NCBI GenBank assembly: GCA_031279015.1
Contig: JAITJI010000101.1
Coordinates: forward strand, 1,582 to 65,581
Source: Spirochaetaceae bacterium
GTDB taxonomy: Bacteria; Spirochaetota; Spirochaetia; Treponematales; Breznakiellaceae
Length of the DNA: 64,000 nt
Reading direction: 5' to 3'
In this document: positions 1-9,168 of the stretch, piece after piece
How positions within the stretch are numbered: the stretch's first letter is position 1
How the letters are laid out: each line of letters opens with the position of its first letter
Program-made: the position numbers and the translations under genes
Notes under the pieces: generated by a model
What the model saw: the letters and a program-made list of their open reading frames with translations, nothing else
Database searches by the model: none
What the model was told of the DNA's origin: nothing

Positions 1-733
1 GATCCCGGCCCTGAGTATAGATCTTCCGGGCAAAGTCAAACCAGGTGATGTTTCCCTCATTGGTGTAATGGTATATCCCCGGAAGAACGGTCCTGCCGCT
101 GTCCACCGCCCTGATCAGGGTGATGACGGCGTCCGCTAAATCATGAGTCCAGGTGGGACTACCCCGCTGGTCGTTCACCACAGAAACCGTATCCCGCTCC
201 TGCATCAGCCGGAGCATGGTGGCGACAAAGTTATTGCCATATTTGCCGTAAAGCCAGGCGGTACGGATGATGTAAGCGGCGTCACTGTTCGCCAGGACCT
301 CCGCCTCACCATCCCGCTTGGTCAGCCCATAGACGCCGATAGGATCGGTAGGATCATCCTCCCGGTATGGACGAATGCCCGGGGAATTGCCGGAGGCGAT
401 TCCCAAACCGTTAAATACGTAATCGGTGGAAATATGGATCAGCTTTGCGCCGATAGCCTTTGCAATCCCGGCGACATTTGCGGCGCCGTGGGTATTCAGG
501 CTGCGGCAAAAGGCGCTGTCGTCTTCGGCCTTGTCAACCGCCGTATAGGCGGCGCAGTTCACGATCCAGACAACGGGATCCATCCGGCTCTGCTGATTCA
601 AAAAACATTCCAACGCGGCAATATCGGTTATATCAACATAGAGATCCGTACCGACGGAGGAGAGGCCGCTGCTTTCCAGCATCAGGGAAAGGTCCGTTCC
701 CAACATGCCCTTGCAACCAATAAGCCAGATCAT
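1..733 (-). CDS. rfbD: dTDP-4-dehydrorhamnose reductase (RmlD/RfbD); C-terminal end cut by the window edge
   Basis: Absent from the ORF track because it runs off the window. My minus-strand translation from the ATG at 733 gives MIWLIGCKGMLGTDL...NCAAYTAVDKAEDD...IHISTDYVFNG...YGLTKRDGE...RTAWLYG, which are the RmlD Rossmann and YxxxK signatures. ATGA overlap with the rfbC stop at 730-733. Confidence 0.85.
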   Translation of the reverse strand, partial: MIWLIGCKGMLGTDLSLMLESSGLSSVGTDLYVDITDIAALECFLNQQSRMDPVVWIVNCAAYTAVDKAEDDSAFCRSLNTHGAANVAGIAKAIGAKLIHISTDYVFNGLGIASGNSPGIRPYREDDPTDPIGVYGLTKRDGEAEVLANSDAAYIIRTAWLYGKYGNNFVATMLRLMQERDTVSVVNDQRGSPTWTHDLADAVITLIRAVDSGRTVLPGIYHYTNEGNITWFDFARKIYTQGRD

Positions 734-1287
734 ACAATGGTCCCCGGATACCCGGCGGCAAAGACCGGCAGCTTCCGGTCCTTTTCGGACAGGAGATACT
801 CCGTCCCCGGATCGGGCCAGCGGATGCCGATGGCAGGGTCATCCCAAATGATACCCCCTTCATCTTCGGGATAATAAAAATCGGTACACTTGTAGGCGAA
901 TACGGCGCTGTCGCTCAATACCAAAAAGCCGTGGGCAAAGCCCGGGGGAATATAAAACTGGTTCTGCCTTTCACCGCTTAAAAGCACCCCGTGCCATTTG
1001 CCCCGGCTGGGGGAGCCGGGGCGGATATCCACAGCCACATCAAAAATCTCCCCCGCAATGACCCGGACCAGTTTGCCCTGGGGATGGGTTTTCTGGAAGT
1101 GGAGGCCCCGGAGCACCCCCCTTACCGAACGGGATTGGTTATCCTGCACAAAGGCGAAAGACAAGCCGGCAGCTTCAAAATCCCGGGCGGACCAGGATTC
1201 AAAAAAATAACCCCGGCTGTCTCCGAATACCTTCGGCGTTATCTCATAGAGTCCTGCAATCGGACAGGAGTTAAACACAAAGGGCAC
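730..1287 (-). CDS. rfbC: dTDP-4-dehydrorhamnose 3,5-epimerase
   Basis: 185 aa. Contains GDSRGYFFESW...VQDNQSRSVRGVLRGLHFQ...GKLVRV..GEIFDVAVDIR, typical of the RmlC cupin. Confidence 0.95.
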   Translation of the reverse strand: MPFVFNSCPIAGLYEITPKVFGDSRGYFFESWSARDFEAAGLSFAFVQDNQSRSVRGVLRGLHFQKTHPQGKLVRVIAGEIFDVAVDIRPGSPSRGKWHGVLLSGERQNQFYIPPGFAHGFLVLSDSAVFAYKCTDFYYPEDEGGIIWDDPAIGIRWPDPGTEYLLSEKDRKLPVFAAGYPGTIV

Positions 1288-2162
1288 TACCCATTCTCCG
1301 CTATATATTTGAGATATTCACCGTATTCGGTCTTATAGGTTCCCGCCAACTGTAGCAGGCCATCCCGGGACAGCCATCCGTTGGCATAGGCGATCTCCTC
1401 AATACAGGAAACATACATGCCCTGCCGTTTCTGAATAGTCTCAATAAAGTTGGCCGCTTCCAGCAGGCCGTCATAGGTACCGGTATCAAGCCATGCCATG
1501 CCCCGGCCCAGGATCTCCACAGAGAGCCGGCCCTGTTCCAGATAGGTATTGTTAACGTCGGCGATCTCAATTTCTCCCCGTGTGGAGGGCCGGATGCTTT
1601 TGGCGATCTCCGTTACATCCCCGTCGTAAAAGTAGAGCCCCGGTACCGCATAATGGGACTTGGGTTTTGCGGGTTTCTCTTCTATGGAAACAGCCTTACC
1701 CTGGGGATCCAATTCCACAACCCCATAGGCGCCGGGGTCCTTTACAAAGTACCCGAATATGACCCCTCCCCCGTCACGCTCCGCCCGGCCGGCGGCGTTC
1801 CGCAGGGTCTGGCTGAAACTCCGGCCATAAAACACGTTATCCCCCAGAACCAGGGCGCAGGAATCACCGCCGATGAAGGTTTCCCCCACAATAAAGGCAT
1901 CCGCTAAACCCCGGGGGCTCTCCTGAACCCGGTAATCAAAACCCATTCCAAGCCAATCCCCGGAACCGAAGAGTTCCCGAAAGAGGGGGAGGTCCCTGGG
2001 GGTGGAGATGATCAGCACCTCCCGAATCCCCGCCAGCATGAGTACCGACAGGGGGTAATAGATCATCGGCTTATCGTAGAGGGGCAGGATCTGCTTTGAT
2101 ACCGCCCGGGTGACCGGGTAAAGCCGCGTTCCGGCGCCGCCGGCAAGGATAATGCCTTTCAT
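1287..2162 (-). CDS. rfbA: glucose-1-phosphate thymidylyltransferase
   Basis: 291 aa. [38 protein letters not shown] is the canonical RmlA N-terminus. Abuts rfbC. Confidence 0.95.
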   Translation of the reverse strand: MKGIILAGGAGTRLYPVTRAVSKQILPLYDKPMIYYPLSVLMLAGIREVLIISTPRDLPLFRELFGSGDWLGMGFDYRVQESPRGLADAFIVGETFIGGDSCALVLGDNVFYGRSFSQTLRNAAGRAERDGGGVIFGYFVKDPGAYGVVELDPQGKAVSIEEKPAKPKSHYAVPGLYFYDGDVTEIAKSIRPSTRGEIEIADVNNTYLEQGRLSVEILGRGMAWLDTGTYDGLLEAANFIETIQKRQGMYVSCIEEIAYANGWLSRDGLLQLAGTYKTEYGEYLKYIAENG

Positions 2163-2587
2163 ACATCACCGGACATGGTACATTTCTTTTTTCGTTGAAC
2201 TATGACGGCCATCACCACCACCCCAATACCTGCGCCAATGGCGGAACCCAGAACATCGGCAAACCAGTCCCACACATTGCAGTCCCGGCCGGGAACAAAA
2301 TACTGGTGCAGTTCGTCAATTATCCCGTAACCCGAGGCGATCAACCCGGCGAACAAACCTGTCCAAAGACGCCGGCGTTCCGGAGGAAACCACAAGACCA
2401 CCGCAAAGGCCAGAGCCAGATAGGCGGCCAGATGCTGTAATTTATCGAATCCCAGGATTCCCTTGGGCTGGGGCAGGATGCTTTGGGATGAAAGAAGCCA
2501 AATGGCAATGCAAATAAGGAAAGCGGGGATCTTTAATATAAACCTGAAGACACCACGCCCTGTGCGGGATCCTTCATCGAGCATCAT
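2159..2587 (-). CDS. VanZ-like family membrane protein
   Basis: Contains [16 protein letters not shown]...[28 protein letters not shown], a VanZ-like motif pattern. I prefer the internal ATG at 2587, which is preceded by GGGGAAGAG, over the track start at 2680. Confidence 0.7.
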   Translation of the reverse strand: MMLDEGSRTGRGVFRFILKIPAFLICIAIWLLSSQSILPQPKGILGFDKLQHLAAYLALAFAVVLWFPPERRRLWTGLFAGLIASGYGIIDELHQYFVPGRDCNVWDWFADVLGSAIGAGIGVVVMAVIVQRKKKCTMSGDV

Positions 2588-2868
2588 CACTCTTCCCCTA
2601 TAGATACCATATTCCGGCAGATTCAACTCCACAAAACGTATATTTCTACAACAAAATATACATACTACCCGCCGGAGCACAGACTTCTTCGGTAATCCAG
2701 CCGCCGCCGAAACAGGCTGGCCGAATTTGCGGCAGGCAAGACCGGCCGCTTATACGTAACACCCTTAGGACTTATGGATACATTTGCGAACAAAAGCATC
2801 AGGGCTTTTAAATGAATTACAATACACAACATAGCATATAATTAGCCTAAATACAATAATATTCCCAA

Positions 2869-2897
2869 AAAACTTGTTCAGTTTTTGAACAAGTTTT
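2869..2897. repeat. perfect 12-bp inverted repeat, AAAACTTGTTCA-gtttt-TGAACAAGTTTT
   Basis: Read directly in the AT-rich divergent intergenic region between the VanZ-like gene and uppP. Confidence 0.6.
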
Positions 2898-3028
2898 CCG
2901 TATGTGGAGCAGAATCTGAAAAACCCCGGAGACAGGCCAGGGGATGTCTCAAAAGCTTGCCTAAAAATCCCCTGTTCTGTTAAGATAATTCTGTGGAGCA
3001 TCAGAACGGTTTAGGATAGGGAGTTTGC

Positions 3029-3853
3029 ATGGGAATAATCGAAGCCCTGCTCCTGGGGGCGATTCAGGGGATTACCGAATTCTTGCCGGTCAGCAGTTCC
3101 GGGCATCTGGTTCTGATGCAGAAAATCCTGGGCATCTCCGAACCTGCCCTGCTCTTTGACACCATGGTACACGGGGGTACGCTGATTGGGGTATTTGTGG
3201 TCCTCCGCAGAGATATATGGGGGATCCTGCGCCGGCCAATCCAGCCCCTCACGGGCCTTTTGATTCTGGCAACCATCCCTACGGTAATAATCGCCCTGAT
3301 CTTTAAGGATCGGATCGAAGCGGCCTTTCAATCGGGGGCTTTGCTGGGTTTTGCCTTCCTCTTTACCGCCGCTGCCCTTCTGACGGCGGAGTATCTGTTC
3401 GGGCGTCCCCGGGCCCGGCGCCCAAAGGAGGCTATGCGCTGGACCGACAGCCTGGTCATCGGTATCTGCCAGGGGATAGCCATCATCCCCGGGGTTTCCC
3501 GTTCCGGCCTTACCTTGGCGGGGGCCCTTTCAAAGAGGCTGGACCGGAATTTTGCCGCCCGGTTTTCCTTCCTCCTGTCCATTCCGGTAATTCTGGGGGC
3601 CCTGGTTTTACAGGCAAAGGATCTCCTCGACGCCGGGAAGGGGCCCGTTCCGGGGGTGGAGGACGTATCAAGCGGCATTGGACCGGCCGCCCTCATGGCG
3701 GGGACCCTGAGCGCGGCGGTGGTGGGGTACTTTTCGGTGCGGATCATGCTTAAAATAGTCCGGGAGCGATCCCTCCGGGGTTTTGCCATTTATGTGGCGA
3801 TTCTGGGCATTCTGGTGCTGACGGATCAGTACATAACCCATTTCTTTTTCTAA
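3029..3853 (+). CDS. uppP: undecaprenyl-diphosphate phosphatase
   Basis: 274 aa. GAIQGITEFLPVSSSGHLVL and the PGVSRSG motif are typical of BacA/UppP. Confidence 0.9.
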   Translation: MGIIEALLLGAIQGITEFLPVSSSGHLVLMQKILGISEPALLFDTMVHGGTLIGVFVVLRRDIWGILRRPIQPLTGLLILATIPTVIIALIFKDRIEAAFQSGALLGFAFLFTAAALLTAEYLFGRPRARRPKEAMRWTDSLVIGICQGIAIIPGVSRSGLTLAGALSKRLDRNFAARFSFLLSIPVILGALVLQAKDLLDAGKGPVPGVEDVSSGIGPAALMAGTLSAAVVGYFSVRIMLKIVRERSLRGFAIYVAILGILVLTDQYITHFFF

Positions 3854-3879
3854 AAACAGCAGGGGAGGCGCTTATTGGC

Positions 3880-4665
3880 ATGAATCTGCTGCAACTTATT
3901 CCCTTTGAGTTAAATCCCTGGCAGTGGGGCGCCCTGATATTTGCAAGTATCTGCATCGGCATATCCAAAACGGGGATCAATGGCATTTCAACCGTGGCGA
4001 TCCCCTTGTTTGTACTGATATTTGAGGCAAAGCCTTCAACCGGGGTGATCCTGCCCCTCCTCTGCCTGGCGGATCTCTTTGCGGTGATCTATTACCGGCG
4101 GAACGCGGAATGGAAATACATCTTCCGGCTGGCGCCCTGGGCTCTGGCGGGTTTTGCCCTGGCCCTGATCGTGGAACGGTTCATCCCTGCCCGGGGTTTC
4201 AAGATCCTCATTGGGATCTGTATCCTCGCGGGCCTCCTGATCATGCTTTGGAACGACCGGCCCGGGGTGTTCCGGAAAACAAATGGGGCAGACGGGGTAA
4301 ACATACCCCGGGGCTGGTGGTTTTCCGCCATCTTTGGGATCCTGGGCGGCTTTTCCACCATGATCGGGAATGCCGCCGGACCGGTCATGTCGGTGTTTCT
4401 CCTCTCCGTAAGGCTCCCAAAGATCAGTTTTATCGGTACTGCAGCCTGGTTTTTCCTGATAATCAACTACTTAAAGATACCACTGCAATTTTTTGCATGG
4501 CATAACATATCGGCTAAAAGCCTGATCTTTGACCTGGTTATGGCCCCTTTTGTACTCGCCGGCGCCTGGGCGGGGATCCTGTTTGTTAAGAAAATATCGG
4601 AACAACAATACCGGGTTCTGGTGTATCTGCTGACTGTCCTTGCCTCGGCGCTGCTGTTTCTCTAA
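3880..4665 (+). CDS. TauE/SafE (DUF81) family anion exporter-like membrane protein
   Basis: 261 aa, multi-pass and hydrophobic. GISKTGINGISTVAIPLF and GGFSTMIGNAAGPVMSVFLL are the duplicated DUF81 halves. Confidence 0.75.
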   Translation: MNLLQLIPFELNPWQWGALIFASICIGISKTGINGISTVAIPLFVLIFEAKPSTGVILPLLCLADLFAVIYYRRNAEWKYIFRLAPWALAGFALALIVERFIPARGFKILIGICILAGLLIMLWNDRPGVFRKTNGADGVNIPRGWWFSAIFGILGGFSTMIGNAAGPVMSVFLLSVRLPKISFIGTAAWFFLIINYLKIPLQFFAWHNISAKSLIFDLVMAPFVLAGAWAGILFVKKISEQQYRVLVYLLTVLASALLFL

Positions 4666-4766
4666 GGGAAAATTACGTAAAGTTTTTAGCGGTCTCTTGT
4701 TGATTTTTCTTGACCTTTGGGCTTCTGAATAAGTATGTTTTTAATAAACAATCTTTAGTAATTTTT

Positions 4767-5483
4767 ATGGGAAAAAGTAGCATGGATGAAAATACTGCAA
4801 TGCCCTCTCCGGAAGATTCCCCATCCGTACAGGAAGATACTGCTGATATGGATCAGGCTGTACCGGAAGCCGGGGCCTCTGAATGTTTGAGTTCCGAAGA
4901 AAAACTGGCAGACCTGGAGGCTAAATTGGCAGAGGCAAAGGATCAGTACCTGCGGAAAGCGGCGGATTTTGAAAATTTCCGCAAACGGATGAACCGGGAA
5001 AAGCAGGAGGCCATTGAATTTGCCAATCAGGCCCTGCTTCTGGAGCTTATCCCCATAATTGACGATTTTGAACGGGCCATAAAATCCGCAGAAAGTGCGG
5101 CTTCATCCTCTCAAGACTTCAAAAATCTCTATGAAGGTATCGCTATGATAGAAAAACGCCTGGTTTCCCAATTGGAAAACAAATGGGGGTTAAGGCGCTT
5201 CGATTCCGCCGGTGAAGTCTTTGATCCGAATCGTCATGAGGCCATCATGGTAGAAAAATCGACGGATATTACCGAACCCGTTGTACAGGAGGATCTTATC
5301 AAGGGGTATATTCTGAAGGATCGAATCGTCCGGAGCGCCAAGGTTAAAGTTCTGATGCCCGAAAATCCTGCTCCGGAAGCCTGCGGAGAGGGAGGGGCGG
5401 AAAACAATCCTGCTCCGGAAAGCGGTCCGGCCGGTTCTGGCGGGGAGTCTGCCGAATGTGCCAAAGGGTGTCCGGATGGTTAA
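4767..5483 (+). CDS. grpE: nucleotide exchange factor GrpE
   Basis: AADFENFRKRMNREKQEA...FDPNRHEAIMV are GrpE signatures. The track start at 4710 is a TTG inside a TTGACC -35-like hexamer, so the ATG at 4767 (or 4782) is preferred. Confidence 0.9.
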   Translation: MGKSSMDENTAMPSPEDSPSVQEDTADMDQAVPEAGASECLSSEEKLADLEAKLAEAKDQYLRKAADFENFRKRMNREKQEAIEFANQALLLELIPIIDDFERAIKSAESAASSSQDFKNLYEGIAMIEKRLVSQLENKWGLRRFDSAGEVFDPNRHEAIMVEKSTDITEPVVQEDLIKGYILKDRIVRSAKVKVLMPENPAPEACGEGGAENNPAPESGPAGSGGESAECAKGCPDG

Positions 5484-5603
5484 GATGGCCGGCGCCCGGA
5501 ACAAAACAGCCACGGAGTTTCCAGGATTTCTCGCCGGATTGATACGGTGTTTCACTGTTTCGGGGAAAGAAACTTTTAAGATAAATACAGGAGATTGCAG
5601 AAA

Positions 5604-7529
5604 ATGGGAAAAATAATCGGTATTGATTTAGGTACAACCAACTCGTGTGTAGCCGTTCTTGAAGGCGGCGAACCGGTCGTTATCCAAAATTCCGAGGGAG
5701 GGCGGACCACCCCTTCTATCATCGGTTTTACCAGCAAGGGCGAACGGGTAGTGGGGCAGCCGGCCAAAAACCAGATGATCACCAACCCGGAAAACACCAT
5801 ATATTCCATAAAACGTTTTATGGGCCGCCGTTATGCGGAGGTTAGTAATGAGATGAAGCTGGTCCCTTACAATGTGGTAGAGCAAGGGGATGATGTGCGG
5901 GTCCATATTGACGGGAAGAACTATTCGCCCCAGGAAATTTCTGCCTTTGTGCTCCAAAAGATGAAAAAAACCGCCGAAGACTACCTGGGTGAGACGGTAA
6001 CCGAAGCGGTTATCACCGTACCGGCCTACTTTAACGATGCCCAAAGGCAGGCAACCAAGGATGCAGGGAAAATAGCAGGCCTTGAGGTAAAACGGATCAT
6101 CAACGAACCTACCGCCGCATCCCTGGCCTTTGGCTTTAACAAGGATCAGAAGAAGGAGAAGACCATCGCCGTCTATGACCTGGGGGGCGGCACCTTCGAT
6201 ATCTCTATCCTGGAACTGGGGGAAGGGGTCTTTGAAGTAAAATCCACCAATGGGGATACCCACCTGGGGGGCGACGATTTTGACCGCCGGATCATGGAAT
6301 GGCTTATCAGTGAATTCAAGAAGGATACGGGCATTGATTTGGGGCAGGACCGGATGGCCCTGCAGAGGCTCCGGGAAGCTTCGGAAAAGGCCAAGATCGA
6401 ACTTTCCGCCATGCAGACCACAGAAGTAAATCTGCCTTTTATCACGGCGGATCAGAGTGGTCCCAAGCACCTGCAGAAGAGTCTTACCCGGGCAAAATTT
6501 GAACAGATGGTCCAGGACCTCCTGGAGCGGTCCAAGGAGCCCTGCAAGAAAGCCCTGACCGATGCAGGCCTTTCAGCGGATCAGATCGACGAGGTGATCC
6601 TTGTGGGCGGTTCCACACGGATCCCTGCGGTGCAGCAGATCGTCAAGGACCTCTTCCGCAAGGAGCCCAACAAGGGGGTTAACCCCGATGAGGCGGTGGC
6701 AATTGGAGCGGCCATTCAGGGAGGCATCCTGGGCGGGGATGTTAAGGATGTGCTCCTCCTGGATGTAACCCCCCTCTCTCTGGGGATCGAAACCCTGGGC
6801 GGGGTGATGACTAAACTCATCCCCCGGAATACCACGATTCCCACCCGGAAGAGTCAGATCTTCTCCACCGCTGCCGACGGACAGACCGCTGTTTCCATCC
6901 AGGTCCTCCAGGGTGAACGGGAAATGGCCGCTCAGAACCGTACCCTGGGCCGCTTCGATTTAGTTGGTATTCCGCCCGCGCCCCGGGGGGTACCGCAGAT
7001 TGAGGTCACCTTTGACATCGATGCCAACGGCATTGTCCACGTATCCGCCAAAGACCTGGGAACCGGCAAAGAGCAGAAGATCCGCATTGAAAGCTCTTCG
7101 GGTCTCTCGGACAACGATATTGAGCGGATGGTAAAGGAGGCGGAACTCCACGCCGAAGAGGATAAGCGGGAAAAGGAAAGGGCCGAAGTCCGGAATGAAG
7201 CGGATACCATGATCTACAGTACGGAAAAGAACCTCAAGGATCTGGGAGACAAGGTTAACGCGGCTGATAAATCCAAGGCGGAGGAAGCTATCGCGGATCT
7301 GCGCCGGGCTCTTGAAGAGGGAGATGTCCGAACCATCAAGGATAAAACCGAGGCGCTTAAGCAGGTTTCCTACAAAATCGCCGAAGAGGTGTACTCGCAG
7401 CAGGCAGCGTCTCAGGCCGGAGGGCAGCAACAGGGTCCCGAAACCGGCGCCGGACCCCAGGGCTCATCGAGCGGGGAGAACACCAAAAGCGCCGAAGATG
7501 TGGATTACGAAGTAGTGGACGACAAATAA
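5604..7529 (+). CDS. dnaK: chaperone DnaK (Hsp70)
   Basis: [30 protein letters not shown] and [14 protein letters not shown] motifs. AGGAGA lies 10 nt upstream of the ATG at 5604. Confidence 0.97.
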   Translation: MGKIIGIDLGTTNSCVAVLEGGEPVVIQNSEGGRTTPSIIGFTSKGERVVGQPAKNQMITNPENTIYSIKRFMGRRYAEVSNEMKLVPYNVVEQGDDVRVHIDGKNYSPQEISAFVLQKMKKTAEDYLGETVTEAVITVPAYFNDAQRQATKDAGKIAGLEVKRIINEPTAASLAFGFNKDQKKEKTIAVYDLGGGTFDISILELGEGVFEVKSTNGDTHLGGDDFDRRIMEWLISEFKKDTGIDLGQDRMALQRLREASEKAKIELSAMQTTEVNLPFITADQSGPKHLQKSLTRAKFEQMVQDLLERSKEPCKKALTDAGLSADQIDEVILVGGSTRIPAVQQIVKDLFRKEPNKGVNPDEAVAIGAAIQGGILGGDVKDVLLLDVTPLSLGIETLGGVMTKLIPRNTTIPTRKSQIFSTAADGQTAVSIQVLQGEREMAAQNRTLGRFDLVGIPPAPRGVPQIEVTFDIDANGIVHVSAKDLGTGKEQKIRIESSSGLSDNDIERMVKEAELHAEEDKREKERAEVRNEADTMIYSTEKNLKDLGDKVNAADKSKAEEAIADLRRALEEGDVRTIKDKTEALKQVSYKIAEEVYSQQAASQAGGQQQGPETGAGPQGSSSGENTKSAEDVDYEVVDDK

Positions 7530-7714
7530 AGGAATCAGCGCATAGGGACAGTGAAGGGGAGCAAAAGATAGCGGAAGCGCCCGGAAAGGGTTTGAAATAA
7601 ACCGGGAACGCGCCGCTAAGGGAAGACGGACCTGGCGAATCAAGCATGGGGATGATATTCCGTAAAGTTTCCCAACTACTCCCTATTCACTTCTCCTTAT
7701 AAAAGGGTGTTATT

Positions 7715-8836
7715 GTGGCCAAACGTGATTACTACGATGTCCTGGGAATACAGAAGGATGCCTCGAAGGATGATATAAAAAAAGCATACCGGAAGTTGGC
7801 CATTCAGTATCATCCCGATAAGAATCCGGGGAACAAGGAGGCGGAGGAAAGGTTCAAGGAAGCCACTGAAGCCTACGAGATACTCTCGGATGATCAGAAA
7901 AAAGCCGCCTATGATCAATTCGGTTTTGCCGGGGTTGAAGGCATGGGCGGAGGTCAGGGTTTTTCCTCATCCGCCTTCCGCGGCTTCGAAGACATCTTCG
8001 GAGATTTTTCGGGGATCTTTGATACTTTCTTCGGGGGCGGCCGTCATTCATCCGGCGGCGGATCAAGCGGCGTCCGGCAGGGTGCAAACCTCCGCTACGA
8101 TATTGAAATTCCCTTTAAGGATGCTGTTTTTGGCACAAAGGTGGAGATCCAATACTCCCGGAATGAGAGCTGCCCGGCCTGCAAGGGTACCGGAGCGGCC
8201 AGTGGCTCGGGGAAAAAGGTCTGCCCCACCTGCGCCGGTTCCGGTCAGGTGCGGCACAGTCAGGGGTTTTTTTCCGTAGCTTCCACCTGTCCGGAATGCG
8301 GTGGCGAAGGCTATATTATCGAACAGCCCTGCAAGGAATGCGGCGGTTCAGGAACCCAGAAGAAACGCCAGAAGATCATGGTCACCATCCCTGCGGGGGT
8401 GGAAAACGGAAAACGGGTGGTTATCCCCCGGCAGGGAGATGCCGGCCCTGGCGGCGGGCCTCCGGGAGACCTCTACGTGTTTATCCGGGTGAAGCCCCAC
8501 GAATACTTTGAACGTCAGGACTTGGACCTCTACTGTGCGGTACCGATCTCGGTGACCCAGGCGAGTCTGGGAGCGGAGATCCATGTAAGCACCCTGGAAG
8601 GCAAAACCATCAAGGTGAGAATCCCCGCAGGTATGCAGAACGGTAAGATGCTCAGAATTCGGGATGAAGGGGTCCCCGCCAGTGGACGCCGGGGCTGTCT
8701 CTACATCAAACTCATGGTCCGGGTCCCTGCAAAACTCTCCAAACGGGGCCGGGAACTAATGGAAGAGCTTGCCCGGGTTGAAGGGGAAAACAACTCTCCA
8801 AACCCCATACCTCTGGCGGAGATAGCCGGGGAATAG
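7715..8836 (+). CDS. dnaJ: co-chaperone DnaJ
   Basis: GTG start giving MAKRDYYDVLG. Has the J-domain HPD motif (YHPDKN), a G/F-rich linker and four CxxCxGxG zinc-finger repeats. Confidence 0.95.
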   Translation: MAKRDYYDVLGIQKDASKDDIKKAYRKLAIQYHPDKNPGNKEAEERFKEATEAYEILSDDQKKAAYDQFGFAGVEGMGGGQGFSSSAFRGFEDIFGDFSGIFDTFFGGGRHSSGGGSSGVRQGANLRYDIEIPFKDAVFGTKVEIQYSRNESCPACKGTGAASGSGKKVCPTCAGSGQVRHSQGFFSVASTCPECGGEGYIIEQPCKECGGSGTQKKRQKIMVTIPAGVENGKRVVIPRQGDAGPGGGPPGDLYVFIRVKPHEYFERQDLDLYCAVPISVTQASLGAEIHVSTLEGKTIKVRIPAGMQNGKMLRIRDEGVPASGRRGCLYIKLMVRVPAKLSKRGRELMEELARVEGENNSPNPIPLAEIAGE

Positions 8837-9168
8837 GCCCCCGGCAAGCCTTTGCCAAAGGTTACTGCCGGCTGAAAATGTTTTGATAAAAAAAGACGAA
8901 TACGTCCGGAAGGCAACGAGTGGTATCTTTAAAAAGATAGATTTTGAAAAAAGAATTACATTGCCAAGGACAAAGTCTTGTCACAAATGGGAATCAACAG
9001 CGATAGTGTTTAGTTGTCAGAGGGGATAACCATATAGCGGACCCCGCTATGGGTCTCTGAGACCAGCCTGTATCTGCCGTGAGTATTCTCGCCTTGCAAT
9101 TCCTCCGGTATGTTATTACTATAATGTAGAAAAGTCCCCAAAATCTTAAAAAAAACAAGGAACCGCCT

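Noticed and set aside
143-874. 243-aa plus-strand ORF at the left edge
   Set aside because: It lies entirely antisense to the clearly recognisable rfbD/rfbC reading frames. Its product is Gly/Arg/Pro-rich with no motifs, which is typical of a shadow ORF in G+C-rich coding DNA.
2765-3001. 78-aa minus-strand ORF in the AT-rich region upstream of uppP
   Set aside because: No ribosome-binding site is present, the composition is odd, and it spans the palindrome and probable promoter DNA. It is more likely non-coding.
4666-4766. Possible CIRCE (HrcA) element upstream of grpE, suggested by TTAGCGGTCTC
   Set aside because: Only a weak half-site resembles TTAGCACTC. There is no inverted partner 9 nt away, and no hrcA gene precedes grpE in this window.
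5628-6470. 280-aa minus-strand ORF
   Set aside because: Antisense shadow of dnaK. It has no start context and its composition is low in information.
8837-9168. Long dnaJ-to-HK1 intergenic region examined for an sRNA, tRNA or riboswitch, including the 63-aa ORF at 8994-9185
   Set aside because: I found only short imperfect hairpins and a GGTCTC-t-GAGACC palindrome, with no cloverleaf or known riboswitch core. The ORF overlaps the kinase start and lacks a start context. A TTGCAA-N17-TACTAT promoter-like pair at 9094-9122 is probably just the kinase promoter.
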